A DNA stretch of 64,000 bases, from positions 32,001 to 96,000 of the IMG/VR virus record IMGVR_UViG_3300042444_000045; one strand, written 5' to 3'. Below are positions 59,100 through 64,000 of this stretch, in pieces. Each line of letters begins with the position of its first letter. Positions within the stretch are counted from its first letter, which is position 1. The notes beneath the pieces were generated by a model, which had not been told where the DNA came from, did not search any database, and saw only the letters and a program-made list of their open reading frames with translations. Origin of the DNA: a virus. The translations under genes and the position numbers were made by a program.

Positions 59100-59976
59100 A
59101 GTAGTTTCTTATGTTTTGTTCAATTGCTGCTCTTGTAGTTGTTTGGTCTAAAGGATACATTACTACTTCTGACATTAATCCTGCTAATGCTTCTGTAGCT
59201 CTTCTACCAACATATACTGTAGCTGCTGCATTAAATATAGGAGTTCCTGTAGTTGCTACAGAACCACCAGTAGTACCATTTACATAACTCTGTACATTTG
59301 CAGGTCTTCTAATTGAAGTATATACGTAAGGTACTGAGTTAGTAACAGTGGTACCATTACTTGTAAAATTATTTTGTGCTGTATTAAAAGTAATAGATTG
59401 ACTTATTCCTGAACTAAATCTAGCCCATTGTCCAATACGAGAATTAACTGTTTGATCTTGATGCAAGAATACAGCTGTACTTAATGTTGACATTGCAGCT
59501 AGTGCAACAGTAAATGTACTTACTACACCAGCATTTGTTGGATCAAATCCAGCATTAACCAATCTATCATTTATACCATCTAGTCTTAGATAAGGTGCTC
59601 CGTTAAAAATAACGGGTCCACTAGCATATACTAGTGGTTGTTCTATGGCTGTAGCATTAATCAAATTTCTTCCGTTACCACTTTGATCATACCAAATACT
59701 TACTGCACCAGCATTAACACCAAGAAAAGTAGTTAATGCAGTTAAGTCAAGTACATTGTTTACAAAACCAATATCTTGAGTTGCATTATCTGTGGTTCTT
59801 CTTACTTGAATTGCAGATCCTGCATATGTTGTGTCTAGCTTTCTAAGTGAGTATGCTGCTGATGCACCGGGAAATAAATTCAAGAGCAAAGGTGGGACAT
59901 TAACATTCTGGGTAGAAATATAATTTCCACCATTGAAACCAATGTTCTTTTTGTTTAAAAATATTTTCGTTGGCAT
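59089..59976 (-). CDS. Concanavalin A/LamG-like (arabinofuranosidase-B catalytic-like) virion protein
   Basis: AYSLRKL..YAG.AIQVRR..DN..QDIGF..VSIWYDQSGNG...MSEVVMY..R..IE.NI..YYG. Confidence 0.7.
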   Translation of the reverse strand: MPTKIFLNKKNIGFNGGNYISTQNVNVPPLLLNLFPGASAAYSLRKLDTTYAGSAIQVRRTTDNATQDIGFVNNVLDLTALTTFLGVNAGAVSIWYDQSGNGRNLINATAIEQPLVYASGPVIFNGAPYLRLDGINDRLVNAGFDPTNAGVVSTFTVALAAMSTLSTAVFLHQDQTVNSRIGQWARFSSGISQSITFNTAQNNFTSNGTTVTNSVPYVYTSIRRPANVQSYVNGTTGGSVATTGTPIFNAAATVYVGRRATEALAGLMSEVVMYPLDQTTTRAAIEQNIRNYYGF

Positions 59977-59977
59977 A

Positions 59978-60322
59978 CTATGAAATAAAAATAATCAATA
60001 ACTCACCACCTGTTGCATCATATGCAATAGCATCCAGTGTGTTATTAATTGCTCCTGCATCAAAGTTAACAGTTTCTCCTGGCTTAAGTATTACACCTTT
60101 AATTGTAACATCCGCTGTACCTACATTAGAAAAAGATGCTGATCTTTTACCTGCAGTAATAGTACCACTTGTAGTAGGTCTTAAGATATTTGTGGTTCTT
60201 GAAGCCCCAGCAGTAACACCAGTTAATGAGTTAATTACATCTGTAATACCCTGTAATACTTTAAGTTGAAAGGGAAAGTTATTTCCTTTATTTCCGTATG
60301 TCTTTAAATTTCCTATTGACAT
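59978..60322 (-). CDS. Putative virion decoration protein
   Basis: 114 aa, beta-rich; N-terminal MSIGNLKTYGNKGNNFPFQ. Confidence 0.55.
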   Translation of the reverse strand: MSIGNLKTYGNKGNNFPFQLKVLQGITDVINSLTGVTAGASRTTNILRPTTSGTITAGKRSASFSNVGTADVTIKGVILKPGETVNFDAGAINNTLDAIAYDATGGELLIIFIS

Positions 60323-60376
60323 TTTAAATAAGTTTAAGTGAATACAATAACTGGGATATCACTACCCCAGTATGTA

Positions 60377-60850
60377 TTAATTAAGAATAATATAGTGTAC
60401 TTTAACTATATTGTTTAATGCAGCTGAACCAGCACCATTACTAAGAACTACTTTGAAAGAACCTGCTGCAATGTCTGCTACTCCCAATACTGGAATACCA
60501 GTTGCTGCTTCATCATATTCTGCAGATACTAAAATTCTTGATCCTGCAGCAACCAAAGCGTTGTTTACAGTAAAAGAAGTTTTAGCATTAGCTGCTAATG
60601 TAGATGATACAGTTGTAATAACACCGTTAAGTGCTTCTACAGTAACTGCAGTGGTAATACTAGTACCTTGAGTTACATTAGCTGTACGGTACAATGTCTG
60701 CAAAGGAGCAGCATTAACAGCAAGTGAAAGATACTGATCATCACGAGATGGATCTTTTGCACCTACTGCAATTAAGTTAGTAACGTCTGTTGGAAGAGTG
60801 GCTCTATAATTCCCAGCCTTAATCCAAGAAATAAAATTTAAAATGTCCAT
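60377..60850 (-). CDS. Putative virion structural protein (start re-assigned to MDILNF)
   Basis: Thr/Ala/Val-rich beta protein (VTQGTSITTAVTV..GVITT); GTATATTA element 27 nt upstream of ATG 60850. Confidence 0.6.
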   Translation of the reverse strand: MDILNFISWIKAGNYRATLPTDVTNLIAVGAKDPSRDDQYLSLAVNAAPLQTLYRTANVTQGTSITTAVTVEALNGVITTVSSTLAANAKTSFTVNNALVAAGSRILVSAEYDEAATGIPVLGVADIAAGSFKVVLSNGAGSAALNNIVKVHYIILN

Positions 60851-60877
60851 GGTTATAAATATTAAATGTATACAGTA

Positions 60878-60885
60878 TAATATAC
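60878..60885 (-). promoter_or_regulatory. GTATATTA promoter-like element
   Basis: T8-GTATATTA-TAC between a terminator and a gene start. Confidence 0.6.
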
Positions 60886-60905
60886 AAAAAAAATCTTTAA
60901 TAAAC

Positions 60906-60930
60906 AAAAATCCCCAGTATAAACCGGGGA
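60906..60930 (-). terminator. Rho-independent terminator
   Basis: TCCCC..GGGGA stem with a T5 tail on the minus strand. Confidence 0.7.
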
Positions 60931-60957
60931 CTTTCTTGACAGGGTAGGAAACTTGCC

Positions 60958-61161
60958 TTATCCAAGCATATATCCAAGTAGAAAAGAAACTATTATAAGG
61001 GCTGCTATAGTATAGTTTGCTATTGCACGACCTTTCTCATCCTCTATATACATATTGTACATTTTGTTATAAATAGGTCTTGTCATAGCATTTATAACAA
61101 TCCAAAACATTGCAATACATCCTACTGCAAAAGCTGCTAATAATATTTTCAACCAGATCAT
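60958..61161 (-). CDS. Small two-TM membrane protein
   Basis: 67 aa with two hydrophobic helices. Confidence 0.6.
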   Translation of the reverse strand: MIWLKILLAAFAVGCIAMFWIVINAMTRPIYNKMYNMYIEDEKGRAIANYTIAALIIVSFLLGYMLG

Positions 61162-61475
61162 AGTGTGTCTATTCTTCTTTGTAAATATACTAAAGCTTTT
61201 TGTAAATCTTCTTTTTCAGTAGTTCTACTTTTCTTTCCGGCTCTAGCCACATACTTAATTACGTTACCAAGATAGAAATCTTTATCTAATCCCCAAGCTT
61301 CTAGTACATTAAATACTTCATATACAGAATCTTTACCGCCATAATGACTTGGCCTAGTAGCATCATTAACAATAATGATACGGCCAGAAACATCAACCGG
61401 GGAACCAGAGATCTCCTCTTTAGAGCAAATAACTTTTTCATACGGTTGCTCTAACTTTTTATTAAAAGTTACCAT
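61158..61475 (-). CDS. DUF3310 family protein (T7 gp1.7-like nucleotide kinase domain)
   Basis: PSHYGG..YEVF..FYLGNVIKYVARAGKK..EDLQKA..YL. Confidence 0.8.
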   Translation of the reverse strand: MVTFNKKLEQPYEKVICSKEEISGSPVDVSGRIIIVNDATRPSHYGGKDSVYEVFNVLEAWGLDKDFYLGNVIKYVARAGKKSRTTEKEDLQKALVYLQRRIDTL

Positions 61476-61744
61476 GTAATAGCAATATCATGCTCTCGCA
61501 CCATAAGCTTGAGAGCTCCATCAATATCTACTACTTCTGAAGTATTTAGAGCATTCATCTGAAGATATACTTTATCTCCTACTGCAAATCTTTCTACTTC
61601 ATCACCTACTGCAAACACATCAAGTGCTGTCCATTTAGTTCTCATGTCTGCTTCTAGTAATGCTTTATCTTTCTCAGACAATTCAAATGCTGATTCCTTT
61701 ACTTCAGGTTTATTTACTAGTATTCTTTTTCCGTGTAATTTCAT
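61469..61744 (-). CDS. GroES-like co-chaperonin
   Basis: KLHGKRILV..VFAVG..V...VGDKVY...DG..LMVREHDI. Confidence 0.75.
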   Translation of the reverse strand: MKLHGKRILVNKPEVKESAFELSEKDKALLEADMRTKWTALDVFAVGDEVERFAVGDKVYLQMNALNTSEVVDIDGALKLMVREHDIAITW

Positions 61745-61748
61745 TGGT

Positions 61749-62096
61749 TTATTTTAGTGTTATAACTTTTACTACTGCCATTTGAGCATTCAGTATCTCA
61801 CCTACTGCATGATCAAACAACAAACTTTTTACTGGAGTCTTTTCATCCACAGAGTATCTACGTTTAAGAATCTCAGCCATCTCTGCTGCTAATTCTTTTA
61901 CTCTATGTACATCCTCGTCACCGCTTGGGTTAAAACTTAGACCTACTAACTGTTCTCCAAAACTTGGTAATCTTACTTCCTGAATACCGGTTTGTACTTG
62001 CTCTTCCATATACTTATCAAATTTAATCCTTGCTTCTAGGTTGGTTTCTGACTCAGCTGTCAGCTTCTGCCATATGTCCAACTGATGTTGGGTCAT
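61749..62096 (-). CDS. Acb2/Tad1-like putative nucleotide-signal sponge (anti-CBASS/Thoeris)
   Basis: GE.LVG.SFNPSG...V..VK..AA...A...I.NAQM.VVK.IT helical-hairpin pattern, recalled from Acb2-like proteins. Confidence 0.55.
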   Translation of the reverse strand: MTQHQLDIWQKLTAESETNLEARIKFDKYMEEQVQTGIQEVRLPSFGEQLVGLSFNPSGDEDVHRVKELAAEMAEILKRRYSVDEKTPVKSLLFDHAVGEILNAQMAVVKVITLK

Positions 62097-62344
62097 ACAT
62101 TCTCATATGTAAGAGCAAAGATTTCTGGCTTGCATGCGTAGAATTCTCCGGCTACTCCTTTGATAATGTAATCATCAACATTGGCTAACATGTCTCCTTC
62201 TAAGGTATCAATGTATAGATCTTTCACTACACCATGGCTTGTGAAGTAACATGTCTTGCAAAAGTTTAAAACCTCAAATTGATTCTTGCCGTCCCACTGA
62301 ACTGCTTCAATTACCACTGGTTTCTTTTTAAACTTCTGTGCCAT
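62093..62344 (-). CDS. Widespread conserved phage protein (KKPVVIEA...TLEG..DYII.G..GEFY.CKP.IF..TYE)
   Basis: Recognisable family of unknown function; start re-assigned to ATG 62344. Confidence 0.75.
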   Translation of the reverse strand: MAQKFKKKPVVIEAVQWDGKNQFEVLNFCKTCYFTSHGVVKDLYIDTLEGDMLANVDDYIIKGVAGEFYACKPEIFALTYENV

Positions 62345-62371
62345 GTACAAATATAAAAAACTTTTCTAAAT

Positions 62372-62403
62372 AAAAAAGCCCAGACTTTTGATCTGAGCTT
62401 TTT
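62372..62403. terminator. Bidirectional-type terminator
   Basis: AAAAAAGCCCAGA-CTTTTGA-TCTGAGCTTTTT. Confidence 0.8.
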
Positions 62404-62470
62404 CATAGTTTTTAACTTTTAAACACAAACATTATGAACAAATGTGTAAACAAATATATAAAATATTTTA

Positions 62471-62608
62471 TTACCTACCTTGTGCCCTATAACTTTTTTT
62501 GTAGTTCTTGCTTTTTTTCAACTTGCTTGTCTTTGCTTTAGCATGAACACCTGGCCTGGACACTCTTACCTTAGCCAACTTTGTAGTACCTTCTTTTATC
62601 TTTGCCAT
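62471..62608 (-). CDS. 45-aa Lys-rich protein ending KNYKKSYRAQGR (below the ORF-track cutoff)
   Basis: MAKIKEGTTKLAKVRVSRPGVHAKAKTSKLKKSKNYKKSYRAQGR; GTATATTA element at 62628-62635 upstream; a YRxQGR C-terminus is common in small phage proteins. Confidence 0.75.
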   Translation of the reverse strand: MAKIKEGTTKLAKVRVSRPGVHAKAKTSKLKKSKNYKKSYRAQGR

Positions 62609-62640
62609 TGTTATTAATTTATAAGACTAATATACTAAAA

Positions 62641-63021
62641 TTATATATACTCATCTTTATATTCATTAAAGTCATCATCAAATTCAGAATAATTTGAAAA
62701 CAATTCTTCTCCGGGTTCAATGTCTCTAAGTGCAATTGTAACATCTGTAATGTTATCAAGGTTGTTTTGATAACTGTGATTAATAAAATTATTTATATCA
62801 CATGAAGCCAAATAGTATTCTCCTTCTATCCAGCCATATCTGTTAAAATATTCTTGCTGGACTACAGACATTTCTTTTACTTTAGCTATAGGAACTTTAA
62901 TATCTACACCCTCTATAAACTCCCATACTATAGAACCCTTAGGAATAAATTCTGTAGCAAATAAACCTAAGCCCATTCTTGGGTCCGTAGCCACTTTAAC
63001 CTCTGCTCTAAATAGAAACAT
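62641..63021 (-). CDS. SET-domain lysine methyltransferase
   Basis: GLGLFA...IPKG, FINHS..NN and ALRDI.PGEEL..NY SET signature motifs. Confidence 0.85.
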   Translation of the reverse strand: MFLFRAEVKVATDPRMGLGLFATEFIPKGSIVWEFIEGVDIKVPIAKVKEMSVVQQEYFNRYGWIEGEYYLASCDINNFINHSYQNNLDNITDVTIALRDIEPGEELFSNYSEFDDDFNEYKDEYI

Positions 63022-63023
63022 AA

Positions 63024-63656
63024 TTATTCTGTATCATAGAACATTCTGTCAGAATCTTCTGTATGCCACTTATCAAATCCTTCGCAATTATAACTATCTG
63101 TATTGACTAGATAATCTGGTTTCTCTGGAAAAGGTTTAGTAACAAAGCTAGGCTCAGACCATTTAATTCTGTTATTAGGTTGCAACGCTATCTGTCCGTT
63201 ATCAAGTAAAATGATATGATGGCTTTTATGCTCTAGTGGATCTTCTGCTAATGATAAGTCTGTATTTAAATCATTGGCTCCCCAGTTAATGGTAGCATAG
63301 TAACTACCAGGATAGAACTTGTGATCCTTCATGTATACTTCAACTTTTGTATCATACACGTAAGACAAATGCAGTAAAGTAAAGTTATAAGAGAAACAGT
63401 TCCATATCTGCAAGAAGTGAAATGGTAGATCTGTGTCCGGTAGCTTAGGTTCATGCAGTAAAGCATGGGATGGTAACTTGTCCCGCATAACTCCATTCTC
63501 CAAGAGTACTTGAAATAATGCTGCTTGTCCCGGCATACACCTTACTGACATTATAACCCCCGGGGTCAATTCTCCATGACCTTTCTTATGTTGGTACATG
63601 TACTCATTTCTAACAAATACCTTAAGGGGAAAAAAGTTGTGTTCTATATATGCCAT
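63024..63656 (-). CDS. Conserved hypothetical phage protein
   Basis: FVRNEY.Y..GHGE, QIWNCFSY and EHKSHH...LDNGQ.A.QPNNR motifs of a widespread aquatic phage family. Confidence 0.75.
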   Translation of the reverse strand: MAYIEHNFFPLKVFVRNEYMYQHKKGHGELTPGVIMSVRCMPGQAALFQVLLENGVMRDKLPSHALLHEPKLPDTDLPFHFLQIWNCFSYNFTLLHLSYVYDTKVEVYMKDHKFYPGSYYATINWGANDLNTDLSLAEDPLEHKSHHIILLDNGQIALQPNNRIKWSEPSFVTKPFPEKPDYLVNTDSYNCEGFDKWHTEDSDRMFYDTE

Positions 63657-63912
63657 ATGTAAATTATTATAAGACTACCCAGGGGTAAACGAATGAAGAA
63701 TAAACCCCCCGGGCAATCTGTTTCATCTGTAGCATGGTAAAGGTAGAAAGTCTGAAGGAAATATACAACTACGGGGAGGGGTTTTTTACCATACAAGAGT
63801 ATGTGGTGGGGCATTGCTACAACACCCCCCGGCCCCTGGCGGAGAGGTGGCCACCCCCCTTTGTTTCAGAGAACATCTTACTACACAGGTTACTAACACT
63901 AAATTTTTTACC

Positions 63913-64000
63913 ATGGAAAAAGTTTTTCACCCAGACTGCAGCTGCGGTCAACCTGTACTGTATCATATTGATCAGATACCTGTGTTTGAGAACAATGTTC
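63913..64000 (+). CDS. Partial plus-strand ORF (start of an oppositely transcribed module)
   Basis: ATG at 63913 after an AT-rich leader; MEKVFHPDCSCGQPVLYHIDQIPVFENNV is open to the window end. Confidence 0.45.
   Translation, partial: MEKVFHPDCSCGQPVLYHIDQIPVFENNV

Noticed and set aside
60350-60371. ACTGGG-N10-CCCAGT hairpin as a terminator
   Set aside because: It lacks a clear U-tract on the coding strand; it may be a processing or stability hairpin but the support is too weak to call.
685-60671. Many plus-strand and alternate-frame ORFs of 60-146 aa in the ORF track
   Set aside because: They lie antisense to or inside well-supported minus-strand genes and have shadow-ORF composition with no recognisable motifs.
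1-64000. Stop-codon reassignment (TAG or TGA), known in some crAss-like phages
   Set aside because: Very long genes are intact under the standard code, and TAG ends genes cleanly (for example 2472, 37844, and tandem TAG TAG after terL at 40591-40596).
1-64000. tRNA or rRNA genes
   Set aside because: Intergenic gaps are short and none showed a cloverleaf with a T-loop GTTCRA motif by eye; tRNAscan-SE would be decisive.

Overview
This window is about 64 kb of an AT-rich tailed-phage genome. Gene order and motifs point to a crAss-like (Crassvirales-related) podovirus infecting Bacteroidetes. Almost all real genes are on the minus strand. Read right to left they are: an accessory cluster (SET domain, Acb2/Tad1-like, GroES-like, DUF3310), virion decoration proteins, a 2560-aa collagen-like fibre with a neighbouring propeller-TPR-methyltransferase enzyme, a membrane-protein-rich lysis cassette with an M15 peptidase, the head module (terminase, portal, scaffold, major capsid protein), nine small Lys-rich proteins, Cys-rich fibre/hub proteins, ring and muzzle tail proteins, and four very large putative ejected (cargo) proteins. 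A GC-rich strand-switch region lies at the right end. The main unexplained signals are: (1) a hairpin in front of a terminator at 22.3 kb whose 10-nt loop is antisense to a motif at the start codons of five genes, suggesting a trans-acting sRNA regulon; (2) a hydrophobic-x-x-GG motif repeated more than 30 times, mainly in cargo and small basic proteins, suggesting a processing or packaging signal; (3) a modular cargo protein with kinase-like and ART-like cassettes next to an identical 18-bp repeat. All family assignments come from motif recognition and synteny by eye, not from database searches.
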